Positions 1 through 14,400 of a DNA stretch of 64,000 nucleotides are shown piece by piece. Position 1 is the stretch's first letter; each line of letters starts with the position of its first letter. The notes under the pieces are model-generated. The model was not told the DNA's origin. It searched no databases and was given only the letters and a program-made list of their open reading frames with translations. Source of the stretch: Balanoglossus misakiensis (lineage: Eukaryota; Animalia; Hemichordata); NCBI GenBank assembly GCA_040954595.2, contig CM082589.2, positions 462,988 through 526,987 of the forward strand, given 5' to 3'. The position numbers were made by a program, and so were the translations under genes.

Positions 1-3000
1 AAATTTGGTCATTTTTTGAAAAAACCATGAGTTATAGCTCAGGAAAATCGTCAAAAATCGAGGATTTTTCGACTTTGGAATTTCGAAATTTGGCTTTTTT
101 GAAAAACGACTTTGCGATATTCGCAAATTTGGTCAATTTTTGGAAAAAACCATGGGTTATAGCTCAGGAAATCGTCAAAAATCGAGGATTTTTCGCCTTT
201 GCGAATACTCATTCTCGTGAGAGAAAATTTGGTCATTTTTTGAAAAAACCATGAGGTTATAGCTCAGGAAAATCGTCAAAAATCGAGGATTTTTCGACTT
301 TGCGAAATTTCGAAATTTGGTCATTTTTTGAAAAAACCATGGGTTATAGCTCAGGAAAATCCGTCAGAAATCGAGGATTTTCGACTTTGCGAATTTTCGA
401 AATTTGGTCATTTTTTGAAAAAACCATGGGTTATAGCTCAGGAAATCGTCAAAAATCGAGGATTTTTCGACTTTGCGAATTTTCGAAATTTGGTCATTTT
501 TTTGAAAAACCATGGGTTATAGCTCAGGAAAATCGTCAGAAATCGAGGATTTTTCGACTTTGCGAAATACACATTTCGTGAGAGTAAATTTGGTCATTTT
601 TTGAAAAAACCATGGGTTATAGCTCAGGAAAATCGTCAAAAATCGAGGATTTTCGACTTTGCGAATTTTCGAAATTTGGTCATTTTTTGAAAAAACCATG
701 GGTTATAGCTCAGAAAATCGTCAAAAATCGAGGATTTTTTCGACTTTGCGAATTTTCGAAATTTGGTCATTTTTTGAAAAAACCATGGGTTATAGCTCAG
801 GAAAATCGTCAAAAATCGAGATTTTTCGACTTTTGCGAATTTTCGAAATTTGGTCATTTTTTGAAAAAACCATGGGTTATAGCTCAGGAAAATCGTCAAA
901 AATCGAGGATTTTTCGACTTTGCGAATTTTCGAAATTTGGTCATTTTTTGAAAAAACCATGGGTTATAGCTCAGGAAAATCGTCAAAATCGAGGATTTTC
1001 GACTTTGCGAATTTTCGAAATTTGGTCATTTTTTGAAAAAACCATGGGTTATAGCTCAGGAAAATCGTCAAAAATCGAGGATTTTTCGACTTTGCGAATT
1101 TTCGAAATTTGGTCATTTTTTGAAAAAACCATGGGTTATAGCTCAGGAAAATCGTCAAAAATCGAGGATTTTTCGACTTTGCGAATTTTCGAAATTTGGT
1201 CATTTTTTGAAAAAACCATGGGTTATAGCTCAGGAAAATCGTCAAAAATCGAGGATTTTTCGACTTTGCGAATTTTCGAAATTTGGTCATTTTTTGAAAA
1301 AACCATGGGTTATAGCTCAGGAAAATCGTCAAAAATCGAGGATTTTTCGACTTTGCGAATTTCGAAATTTGGTCATTTTTTGAAAAAACCATGGGTTATA
1401 GCTCAGGAAAATCGTCGAAAATCGAGGATTTTTCGACTTTGCGAATTTTCGAAAATTTGGTCATTTTTTGAAAAAACCATGGGTTATAGCTCAGGAAAAT
1501 CGTCAAAAATCGAGGATTTTTCGACTTTGCGAATTTTCGAAATTTGGTCATTTTTTGAAAAAACCATGGGTTATAGCTCAGGAAAATCGTCAAAAATCGA
1601 GGATTTTTCGACTTTGCGAATTTTCGAAATTTGGTCATTTTTTGAAAAAACCATGGGTTATAGCTCAGGAAAATCGTCAAAAATCGAGGATTTTTCGACT
1701 TTGCGAATTTTCGAAATTTGGTCATTTTTTGAAAAAACCATGGGTTATAGCTCAGGAAAATCGTCAAAAATCGAGGATTTTTCGACTTTGCGAATTTTCG
1801 AAATTTGGTCATTTTTTGAAAAAACCATGGGTTATAGCTCAGGAAAATCGTCAAAAATCGAGGATTTTTCGACTTTGCGAATTTTCGAAATTTGGTCATT
1901 TTTTGAAAAAACCATGGGTTATAGCTCAGGAAAATCGTCAAAAATCGAGGATTTTTCGACTTTGCGAATTTTCGAAATTTGGTCATTTTTTGAAAAAACC
2001 ATGGGTTATAGCTCAGGAAAATCGTCAAAAATCGAGGATTTTTCGACTTTGCGAATTTTCGAAATTTGGTCATTTTTTGAAAAAACCATGGGTTATAGCT
2101 CAGGAAAATCGTCAAAAATCGAGGATTTTTCGACTTTGCGAATTTTCGAAATTTGGTCATTTTTTGAAAAAACCATGGGTTATAGCTCAGGAAAATCGTC
2201 AAAAATCGAGGATTTTTCGACTTTGCGAATTTTCGAAATTTGGTCATTTTTTGAAAAAAACCATGGGTTATAGCTCAGGAAAATCGTCGAAAATCGAGGA
2301 TTTTTCGACTTTGCGAATTTTCGAAATTTGGTCATTTTTTGAAAAAACCATGGGTTATAGCTCAGGAAAATCGTCAAAATCGAGGATTTTTCGACTTTGC
2401 GAATTTTCGAAATTTGGTCATTTTTTGAAAAAACCATGGGTTATAGCTCAGGAAAATCGTCAAAAATCGAGGATTTTTCGACTTTGCGAATTTTCGAAAT
2501 TTGGTCATTTTTTGAAAAAACCATGGGTTATAGCTCAGGAAAATCGTCAAAAATCGAGGATTTTTCGACTTTGCGAATTTTCGAAATTTGGTCATTTTTT
2601 GAAAAAACCATGGGTTATAGCTCAGGAAAATCGTCAAAAATCGAGGATTTTTCGACTTTGCGAATTTTCGAAATTTGGTCATTTTTTGAAAAAACCATGG
2701 GTTATAGCTCAGGAAAATCGTCAAAAATCGAGGATTTTTCGACTTTGCGAATTTTCGAAATTTGGTCATTTTTGAAAAAACCATGGGTTATAGCTCAGGA
2801 AAATCGTCAAAAATCGAGGATTTTTCGACTTTGCGAATTTTTCGAAATTTGGTCATTTTTTGAAAAAACCATGGGTTATAGCTCAGGAAAATCGTCAAAA
2901 ATCGAGGATTTTTCGACTTTGCGAAATTTCGAAATTTGGTCATTTTTTGAAAAAACCATGGGTTATAGCTCAGGAAAATCGTCAAAAATCGAGGATTTTT

Positions 3001-5448
3001 CGACTTTGCGAATTTCGAAATTTGGTCATTTTTTGAAAAAACATGGGTTATAGCTCAGGAAAATCGTCAAAAATCGAGGATTTTTCGACTTTGCGAATTT
3101 TCGAAATTTGGTCATTTTTTGAAAAAACCATGGGTTATATAGCTCAGGAAAATCGTCAGAAATCGAGGATTTTTCGACTTTGCGAATTTTCGAAATTTGG
3201 TCATTTTTTGAAAAAAACCATGGGTTATAGCTCAGGAAAATCGTCAAGAAATCGAGGATTTTTCGACTTTTCGAATTTTCGAAATTTGGTCATTTTTTGA
3301 AAAAACCATGGGTTATAGCTCAGGAAAATCGTCAAAAATCGAGGATTTTTCGACTTTTCGAATTTTCGAAATTTGGTCATTTTTTGAAAAAACCATGGGT
3401 TATAGCTCAGGAAAATCGTCAAAAATCGAGGATTTTTCGACTTTGCTAATTTTCGAAATTTGTTCATTTTTTGAAAAAACCATGGGTTATAGCTCAGGAA
3501 ATATCGTCAAAAATCGAGGATTTTTCGACTTTGCGAAATTTCGAAATTTGGTCATTTTTTGAAAAAACCATGGGTTATAGCTCAGGAAAATCGTCAAAAA
3601 TCGAGGATTTTTCGACTTTGCGAAATTTCGAAATTTGGTCATTTTTTGAAAAAACCTTGGGTTATAGCTCAGGAAAATCGTCAAAAATCGAGGATTTTTC
3701 GACTTTGCGAAATTTCGAAATTTGGTCATTTTTTGAAAAAACCATGGGTTATAGCTCAGGAATATCGTCAAAAATCGAGGATTTTTCGACTTTGCGAATT
3801 TTCGAAATTTGGTCATTTTTTGAAAAAACCATGGGTTATAGCTCAGGAAAATCGTCAAAAATCGAGGATTTTTCGACTTTGCGAATTTTCGAAATTTGGT
3901 CATTTTTTGAAAAAACCATGGGTTATAGCTCAGGAAAATCGTCAAAAGTCGAGGATTTTTCGACTTTGCGAATTTTCGAAATTTGGTCATTTTTTGAAAA
4001 AAACATGGGTTATAGCTCAGGAAAATCGTCAAAAATCGAGGATTTTTCGACTTTGCGAAATTTCGAAATTTGGTCATTTTTTGAAAAAACCATGGGTTAT
4101 AGCTCAGGAAAATCGTCAAAAATCGAGGATTTTTCGACTTTGCGAAATTTCGAAATTTGGTCATTTTTTGAAAAAACCATGGGTTATAGCTCAGGAAAAT
4201 CGTCAGAAATCGAGGATTTTTCGACTTTTCGAATTTTCGAAATTTGGTCATTTTTTGAAAAAAACCATGGGTTATAGCTCAGGAAAATCGTCAAAAATCG
4301 AGGATTTTTCGACTTTGCGAAATTTCGAAATTTGGTCATTTTTTGAAAAAACCATGGGTTATAGCTCAGGAAAATCGTCAAAAATCGAGGATTTTTCGAC
4401 TTTGCGAAATTTCGAAATTTGGTCATTTTTTGAAAAAACCATGGGTTATAGCTCAGGAAAATCGTCAAAAATCGAGGATTTTTCGACTTTGCGAATTTTC
4501 GAAATTTGGTCATTTTTTGAAAAAAACCATGGGTTATAGCTCAGGAAAATCGTCAAAAATCGAGGATTTTTCGACTTTGCGAATTTTCGAATTTTGGTCA
4601 TTTTTTGAAAAAACCATGGGTTATAGCTCAGGAAAATCGTCAAAAATCGAGGATTTTTCGACTTTGCGAATTTTCGAAATTTGGTCATTTTTTGAAAAAA
4701 CCATGGGTTATAGCTCAGGAAAATCGTCAAAAATCGAGGATTTTTCGACTTTGCGAATTTTCGAAATTTGGTCATTTTTTGAAAAAACCATGGGTTATAG
4801 CTCAGGAATATCGTCAAAAATCGAGGATTTTTCGACTTTGCGAAATTTCGAAATTTGGTCATTTTTTGAAAAAACCATGGGTTATAGCTCAGGAAAATCG
4901 TCAAAAATCGAGGATTTTTCGACTTTGCGAAATTTCGAAATTTGGTCATTTTTTGAAAAAACCATGGGTTATAGCTCAGGAAAATCGTCAGAAATCGAGG
5001 ATTTTTCGACTTTTCGAATTTTCGAAATTTGGTCATTTTTTGAAAAAAACAATGGGTTATAGCTCAGGAAAATCGTCAAAAATCGAGGATTTTTCGACTT
5101 TGTGAATTTTCGAAATTTGGTCATTTTTTGAAAAAAACCATGGGTTATAGCTCAGGAAAATCGTCAAAAATCGAGGATTTTTCGACTTTGCGAAATTTCG
5201 AAATTTGGTCATTTTTTGAAAAAACCATGGGTTATAGCTCAGGAAAATCGTCAAAAATCGAGGATTTTTCGACTTTGCGAATTTTCGAATTTGGTCATTT
5301 TTTGAAAAAACCATGGGTTATAGCTCAGGAAAATCGTCAAAAATCGAGGATTTTTCGACTTTGCGAATTTTCGAAATTTGGTCATTTTTTGAAAAAACCA
5401 TGGGTTATAGCTCAGGAAAATCGTCAGAAATCGAGGATTTTTCGACTT
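1..5448. repeat. Satellite DNA, type A 87-bp monomer (about 62 copies, continues off the left edge)
   Basis: Consensus ccatgggttatagctcaggaaaatcgtcaaaaatcgaggatttttcgactttgcgaattttcgaaatttggtcattttttgaaaaaa repeats head-to-tail; homopolymer indels are frequent near the window start. Confidence 0.98.
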
Positions 5449-8400
5449 CGCGAAATTTCGAAATTTGGTGGTTTTTGGATAAAAACCATGGGTTATAGCT
5501 CATGAAAATCATCCAGAAATGTCAATTTTTCGACTTCGCGAAATTTCAAAATTTGGTGGTTTTTGGATAAAAACCATGGGTTATAGCTCATGAAAATCAT
5601 CCAGAAATGTCAATTTTTCGACTTCGCGAAATTTCAAAATTTGGTGGTTTTTGGATAAAAACCATGGGTTATAGCTCATGAAAATCATCCAGAAATGACA
5701 ATTTTTCGACTTCGCGAAATTTCAAAATTTGGTGGTTTTTGGATAAAAACCATGGGTTATAGCTCATGAAAATCATCCAGAAATGACAATTTTTCGACTT
5801 CGCGAAATTTCAAAATTTGGTGGTTTTTGGATAAAAACCATGGGTTATAGCTCATGAAAATCATCCAGAAATGTCAAATTTTCGACTTCGCGAAATTTCA
5901 AAATTTGGTGGTTTTTGGATAAAAACCATGGGTTATAGCTCATGAAAATCATCCAGAAATGTCAATTTTTCGACTTCGCGAAATTTCAAAATTTGGTGGT
6001 TTTTGGATAAAAACCATGGGTTATAGCTCATGAAAATCATCCAGAAATGTCAATTTTTCGACTTCGCGAAATTTCAAAATTTGGTGGTTTTTGGATAAAA
6101 ACCATGGGTTATAGCTCATGAAAATCATCCAGAAATGTCAATTTTTCGACTTCGCGAAATTTCAAAATTTGGTGGTTTTTGGATAAAAACCATGGGTTAT
6201 AGCTCATGAAAATCATCCAGAAATGTCAATTTTTCGACTTCGCGAAATTTCAAAATTTGGTGGTTTTTGGATAAAAACCATGGGTTATAGCTCATGAAAA
6301 TCATCCAGAAATGTCAATTTTTCGACTTCGCGAAATTTCAAAATTTGGTGGTTTTTGGATAAAAACCATGGGTTATAGCTCATGAAAATCATCCAGAAAT
6401 GTCAATTTTTCGACTTCGCGAAATTTCAAAATTTGGTGGTTTTTGGATAAAAACCATGGGTTATAGCTCATGAAAATCATCCAGAAATGTCAATTTTTCG
6501 ACTTCGCGAAATTTCAAAATTTGGTGGTTTTTGGATAAAAACCATGGGTTATAGCTCATGAAAATCATCCAGAAATGACAATTTTTCGACTTCGCGAAAT
6601 TTCAAAATTTGGTGGTTTTTGGATAAAAACCATGGGTTATAGCTCATGAAAAATCATCCAGAAATGTCAATTTTTCGACTTCGCGAAATTTCAAAAATTT
6701 GGTGGTTTTTGGATAAAAACCATGGGTTATAGCTCATGAAAATCATCCAGAAATGACAATTTTTCGACTTCGCGAAATTTCAAAATTTGGTGGTTTTTGG
6801 ATAAAAACCATGGGTTATAGCTCATGAAAATCATCCAGAAATGTCAATTTTTCGACTTCGCGAAATTTCAAAATTTGGTGGTTTTTGGATAAAAACCATG
6901 GGTTATAGCTCATGAAAATCATCCAGAAATGACAATTTTTCGACTTCGCGAAATTTCAAAAATTGGTGGTTTTTGGATAAAAACCATGGGTTATAGCTCA
7001 TGAAAATCATCCAGAAATGTCAATTTTTCGACTTCGCGAAATTTCATAATTGGTGGTTTTTGGATAAAAACCATGGGTTATAGCTCATGAAAATCATCCA
7101 GAAATGTCAATTTTTCGACTTCGCGAAATTTCAAAATTTGGTGGTTTTTGGATAAAAACCATGGGTTATAGCTCATGAAAATCATCCAGAAATGTCAATT
7201 TTTCGACTTCGCGAAATTTCAAAATTTGGTGGTTTTTGGATAAAAACCATGGGTTATAGCTCATGAAAATCATCCAGAAATGACAATTTTTCGACTTCGC
7301 GAAATTTCAAAATTTGGTGGTTTTTGGATAAAAACCATGGGTTATAGCTCATGAAAATCATCCAGAAATGTCAATTTTTCGACTTCGCGAAATTTCAAAA
7401 TTTGGTGGTTTTTGGATAAAAACCATGGGTTATAGCTCATGAAAATCATCCAGAAATGACAATTTTTCGACTTCGCGAAATTTCAAAATTTGGTGGTTTT
7501 TGGATAAAAACCATGGGTTATAGCTCATGAAAATCATCCAGAAATGTCAATTTTTCGACTTCGCGAAATTTCAAAATTTGGTGGTTTTTGGATAAAAACC
7601 ATGGGTTATAGCTCATGAAAATCATCCAGAAATGACAATTTTTCGACTTCGCGAAATTTCAAAAATTGGTGGTTTTTGGATAAAAACCATGGGTTATAGC
7701 TCATGAAAATCATCCAGAAATGTCAATTTTTCGACTTCGCGAAATTTCATAATTTGGTGGTTTTTGGATAAAAACCATGGGTTATAGCTCATGAAAATCA
7801 TCCAGAAATGTCAATTTTTCGACTTCGCGAAATTTCAAAATTTGGTGGTTTTTGGATAAAAACCATGGGTTATAGCTCATGAAAATCATCCAGAAATGTC
7901 AATTTTTCGACTTCGCGAAATTTCAAAATTTGGTGGTTTTTGGATAAAAACCATGGGTTATAGCTCATGAAAATCATCCAGAAATGACAATTTTTCGACT
8001 TCGCGAAATTTCAAAATTTGGTGGTTTTTGGATAAAAACCATGGGTTATAGCTCATGAAAATCATCCAGAAATGTCAATTTTTCGACTTCGCGAAATTTC
8101 AAAATTTGGTGGTTTTTGGATAAAAACCATGGGTTATAGCTCATGAAAATCATCCAGAAATGACAATTTTTCGACTTCGCGAAATTTCAAAATTTGGTGG
8201 TTTTTGGATAAAAACCATGGGTTATAGCTCATGAAAATCATCCAGAAATGACAATTTTTCGACTTCGCGAAATTTCAAAATTTGGTGGTTTTTGGATAAA
8301 AACCATGGGTTATAGCTCATGAAAATCATCCAGAAATGTCAATTTTTCGACTTCGCGAAATTTCAAAATTTGGTGGTTTTTGGATAAAAACCATGGGTTA

Positions 8401-11400
8401 TAGCTCATGAAAATCATCCAGAAATGTCAATTTTTCGACTTCGCGAAATTTCAAAATTTGGTGGTTTTTGGATAAAAACCATGGGTTATAGCTCATGAAA
8501 ATCATCCAGAAATGTCAATTTTTCGACTTCGCGAAATTTCAAAATTTGGTGGTTTTTGGATAAAAACCATGGGTTATAGCTCATGAAAATCATCCAGAAA
8601 TGTCAATTTTTCGACTTCGCGAAATTTCAAAATTTGGTGGTTTTTGGATAAAAACCATGGGTTATAGCTCATGAAAATCATCCAGAAATGTCAATTTTTC
8701 GACTTCGCGAAATTTCAAAATTTTGGTGGTTTTTGGATAAAAACCATGGGTTATAGCTCATGAAAATCATCCAGAAATGTCAATTTTTCGACTTCGCGAA
8801 ATTTCAAAATTTGGTGGTTTTTGGATAAAAACCATGGGTTATAGCTCATGAAAATCATCCAGAAATGACAATTTTTCGACTTCGCGAAATTTCAAAATTT
8901 GGTGGTTTTTGGATAAAACCATGGGTTATAGCTCATGAAAATCATCCAGAAATGTCAATTTTTCGACTTCGCGAAATTTCAAAATTTGTTGGTTTTTGGA
9001 TAAAAACCATGGGTTATATATAGCTCATGAAAATCATCCAGAAATGTCAATTTTTCGACTTCGCGAAATTTCAAAATTTGGTGGTTTTTGGATAAAAACC
9101 ATGGGTTATAGCTCATGAAAATCATCCAGAAATGTCAATTTTTCGACTTCGCGAAATTTCAAAATTTGGTGGTTTTTGGATAAAAACCATGGGTTATAGC
9201 TCATGAAAATCATCCAGAAATGTCAATTTTTCGACTTCGCGAAATTTCAAAATTTGGTGGTTTTTGGATAAAAACCATGGGTTATAGCTCATGAAAATCA
9301 TCCAGAAATGTCAATTTTTCGACTTCGCGAAATTTCAAAATTTGGTGGTTTTTGGATAAAAACCATGGGTTATAGCTCATGAAAATCATCCAGAAATGTC
9401 AATTTTTCGACTTCGCGAAATTTCAAAATTTGGTGGTTTTTGGATAAAAACCATGGGTTATAGCTCATGAAAATCATCCAGAAATGACAATTTTTCGACT
9501 TCGCGAAATTTCAAAATTTGGTGGTTTTTGGATAAAAACCATGGGTTATAGCTCATGAAAATCATCCAGAAATGTCAATTTTTCGACTTCGCGAAATTTC
9601 AAAATTTGGTGGTTTTTGGATAAAAACCATGGGTTATATATAGCTCATGAAAATCATCCAGAAATGTCAATTTTTCGACTTCGCGAAATTTCAAAATTTG
9701 GTGGTTTTTGGATAAAAACCATGGGTTATAGCTCATGAAAATCATCCAGAAATGTCAATTTTTCGACTTCGCGAAATTTCAAAATTTGGTGGTTTTTGGA
9801 TAAAAACCATGGGTTATAGCTCATGAAAATCATCCAGAAATGTCAATTTTTCGACTTCGCGAAATTTCAAAATTTGGTGGTTTTTGGATAAAAACCATGG
9901 GTTATAGCTCATGAAAATCATCCAGAAATGTCAATTTTTCGACTTCGCGAAATTTCAAAATTTGGTGGTTTTTGGATAAAAACCATGGGTTATAGCTCAT
10001 GAAAATCATCCAGAAATGTCAATTTTTCGACTTCGCGAAATTTCAAAATTTGGTGGTTTTTGGATAAAAACCATGGGTTATAGCTCATGAAAATCATCCA
10101 GAAATGTCAATTTTTCGACTTCGCGAAATTTCAAAATTTGGTGGTTTTTGGATAAAAACCATGGGTTATAGCTCATGAAAATCATCCAGAAATGTCAATT
10201 TTTCGACTTCGCGAAATTTCAAAATTTGGTGGTTTTTGGATAAAAACCATGGGTTATAGCTCATGAAAATCATCCAGAAATGACAATTTTTCGACTTCGC
10301 GAAATTTCAAAATTTGGTGGTTTTTGGATAAAAACCATGGGTTATAGCTCATGAAAATCATCCAGAAATGTCAATTTTTCGACTTCGCGAAATTTCAAAA
10401 TTTGGTGGTTTTTGGATAAAAACCATGGGTTATATATAGCTCATGAAAATCATCCAGAAATGTCAATTTTTCGACTTCGCGAAATTTCAAAATTTGGTGG
10501 TTTTTGGATAAAAACCATGGGTTATAGCTCATGAAAATCATCCAGAAATGTCAATTTTTCGACTTCGCGAAATTTCAAAATTTGGTGGTTTTTGGATAAA
10601 AACCATGGTTATAGCTCATGAAAATCATCCAGAAATGTCAATTTTCGACTTCGCGAAATTTCAAAATTTGGTGGTTTTTGGATAAAAACCATGGGTTATA
10701 GCTCATGAAAATCATCCAGAAATGTCAATTTTTCGACTTCGCGAAATTTCAAAATTTGGTGGTTTTTGGATAAAAACCATGGGTTATAGCTCATGAAAAT
10801 CATCCAGAAATGTCAATTTTTCGACTTCGCGAAATTTCAAAATTTGGTGGTTTTTGGATAAAAACCATGGGTTATAGCTCATGAAAATCATCCAGAAATG
10901 ACAATTTTCGACTTCGCGAAATTTCAAAATTTGGTGGTTTTTGGATAAAAACCATGGGTTATAGCTCATGAAAATCATCCAGAAATGTCAATTTTTCGAC
11001 TTCGCGAAATTTCAAAATTTGTGGTTTTTGGATAAAAACCATGGGTTATATATAGCTCATGAAAATCATCCAGAAATGTCAATTTTTCGACTTCGCGAAA
11101 TTTCAAAATTTGGTGGTTTTTGGATAAAAACCATGGGTTATAGCTCATGAAAATCATCCAGAAATGTCAATTTTTCGACTTCGCGAAATTTCAAAATTTG
11201 GTGGTTTTTGGATAAAAACCATGGGTTATAGCTCATGAAAATCATCCAGAAATGTCAATTTTTCGACTTCGCGAAATTTCAAAATTTGGTGGTTTTTGGA
11301 TAAAAACCATGGGTTATAGCTCATGAAAATCATCCAGAAATGTCAATTTTTCGACTTCGCGAAATTTCAAAATTTGGTGGTTTTTGGATAAAAACCATGG

Positions 11401-14400
11401 GTTATAGCTCATGAAAATCATCCAGAAATGTCAATTTTTCGACTTCGCGAAATTTCAAAATTTGGTGGTTTTTGGATAAAAACCATGGGTTATAGCTCAT
11501 GAAAATCATCCAGAAATGTCAATTTTTCGACTTTGCGAAATTTCAAAATTTGGTGGTTTTTGGATAAAAACCATGGGTTATAGCTCAAGAAAATCATCCA
11601 GAAATGTCAATTTTTCGACTTCGCGAAATTTCAAAATTTGGTGGTTTTTGGATAAAAACCATGGGTTATAGCTCATGAAAATCATCCAGAAATGACAATT
11701 TTTCGACTTCGCGAAATTTCGAAATTTGGTGGTTTTTGGATAAAAACCATGGGTTATAGCTCATGAAAATCATCCAGAAATGTCAATTTTTCGACTTCGC
11801 GAAATTTCAAAATTTGGTGGTTTTTGGATAAAAACCATGGGTTATAGCTCATGAAAATCATCCAGAAATGTCAATTTTTCGACTTCGCGAAATTTCAAAA
11901 TTTGGTGGTTTTTGGATAAAAACCATGGGTTATAGCTCATGAAAATCATCCAGAAATGACAATTTTTCGACTTCGCGAAATTTCAAAATTTGGTGGTTTT
12001 TGGATAAAAACCATGGGTTATAGCTCATGAAAATCATCCAGAAATGACAATTTTTCGACTTCGCGAAATTTCAAAATTTGGTGGTTTTTGGATAAAAACC
12101 ATGGGTTATAGCTCATGAAAATCATCCAGAAATGTCAAATTTTCGACTTCGCGAAATTTCAAAATTTGGTGGTTTTTGGATAAAAACCATGGGTTATAGC
12201 TCATGAAAATCATCCAGAAATGTCAATTTTTCGACTTTGCGAAATTTCAAAATTTGGTCATTTTTTGAAAAAACCATGGGTTATAGCTCAGGAAAATCGT
12301 CAAAAATCGAGGATTTTTCGACTTTGCGAAATTTCAAAATTTGGTGGTTTTTGGATAAAAACCATGGGTTATAGCTCATGAAAATCATCCAGAAATGACA
12401 ATTTTTCGACTTCGCGAAATTTCGAAATTTGGTGGTTTTTGGATAAAAACCATGGGTTATAGCTCATGAAAATCATCCAGAAATGTCAATTTTTCGACTT
12501 CGCGAAATTTCAAAATTTGGTGGTTTTTGGATAAAAACCATGGGTTATAGCTCATGAAAATCATCCAGAAATGTCAATTTTTCGACTTCGCGAAATTTCA
12601 AAATTTGGTGGTTTTTGGATAAAAACCATGGGTTATAGCTCATGAAAATCATCCAGAAATGACAATTTTTCGACTTCGCGAAATTTCAAAATTTGGTGGT
12701 TTTTGGATAAAAACCATGGGTTATAGCTCATGAAAATCATCCAGAAATGTCAATTTTTCGACTTCGCGAAATTTCAAAATTTGGTGGTTTTTGGATAAAA
12801 ACCATGGGTTATAGCTCATGAAAATCATCCAGAAATGTCAATTTTTCGACTTCGCGAAATTTCAATATTTGGTGGTTTTTGGATAAAAACCATGGGTTAT
12901 AGCTCATGAAAATCATCCAGAAATGACAATTTTTCGACTTCGCGAAATTTCAAAATTTGGTGGTTTTTGGATAAAAACCATGGGTTATAGCTCATGAAAA
13001 TCATCCAGAAATGACAATTTTTCGACTTCGCGAAATTTCAAAATTTGGTGGTTTTTGGATAAAAACCATGGGTTATAGCTCATGAAAATCATCCAGAAAT
13101 GTCAATTTTTCGACTTCGCGAAATTTCAAAATTTGGTGGTTTTTGGATAAAAACCATGGGTTATAGCTCATGAAAATCATCCAGAAATGTCAATTTTTCG
13201 ACTTCGCGAAATTTCAAAATTTGGTGGTTTTTGGATAAAAACCATGGGTTATAGCTCATGAAAATCATCCAGAAATGTCAATTTTTCGACTTCGCGAAAT
13301 TTCAAAATTTGGTGGTTTTTGGATAAAAACCATGGGTTATAGCTCATGAAAATCATCCAGAAATGTCAATTTTTCGACTTCGCGAAATTTCAAAATTTGG
13401 TGGTTTTTGGATAAAAACCATGGGTTATAGCTCATGAAAATCATCCAGAAATGTCAATTTTTCGACTTTGCGAAATTTCAAAATTTGGTGGTTTTTGGAT
13501 AAAAACCATGGGTTATAGCTCAAGAAAATCATCCAGAAATGTCAATTTTTCGACTTCGCGAAATTTCAAAATTTGGTGGTTTTTGGATAAAAACCATGGG
13601 TTATAGCTCATGAAAATCATCCAGAAATGACAATTTTTCGACTTCGCGAAATTTCGAAATTTGGTGGTTTTTGGATAAAAACCATGGGTTATAGCTCATG
13701 AAAATCATCCAGAAATGTCAATTTTTCGACTTCGCGAAATTTCAAAATTTGGTGGTTTTTGGATAAAAACCATGGGTTATAGCTCATGAAAATCATCCAG
13801 AAATGTCAATTTTTCGACTTCGCGAAATTTCAAAATTTGGTGGTTTTTGGATAAAAACCATGGGTTATAGCTCATGAAAATCATCCAGAAATGACAATTT
13901 TTCGACTTCGCGAAATTTCAAAATTTGGTGGTTTTTGGATAAAAACCATGGGTTATAGCTCATGAAAATCATCCAGAAATGACAATTTTTCGACTTCGCG
14001 AAATTTCAAAATTTGGTGGTTTTTGGATAAAAACCATGGGTTATAGCTCATGAAAATCATCCAGAAATGTCAAATTTTCGACTTCGCGAAATTTCAAAAT
14101 TTGGTGGTTTTTGGATAAAAACCATGGGTTATAGCTCATGAAAATCATCCAGAAATGTCAATTTTTCGACTTCGCGAAATTTCAAAATTTGGTGGTTTTT
14201 GGATAAAAACCATGGGTTATAGCTCATGAAAATCATCCAGAAATGTCAATTTTTCGACTTCGCGAAATTTCAAAATTTGGTGGTTTTTGGATAAAAACCA
14301 TGGGTTATAGCTCATGAAAATCATCCAGAAATGTCAATTTTTCGACTTCGCGAAATTTCAAAATTTGGTGGTTTTTGGATAAAAACCATGGGTTATAGCT

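Noticed and set aside
1-100. Window start as a chromosome end or subtelomere
   Set aside because: No (CCCTAA)n tract, and the GGGTTA motif in the monomer has the wrong orientation for a left telomere.
27-5505. Long ORFs (up to 553 aa) with 29-aa repeats
   Set aside because: Artefact of an 87-bp (3n) stop-poor satellite monomer; overlapping frames on both strands are broken by homopolymer indels.
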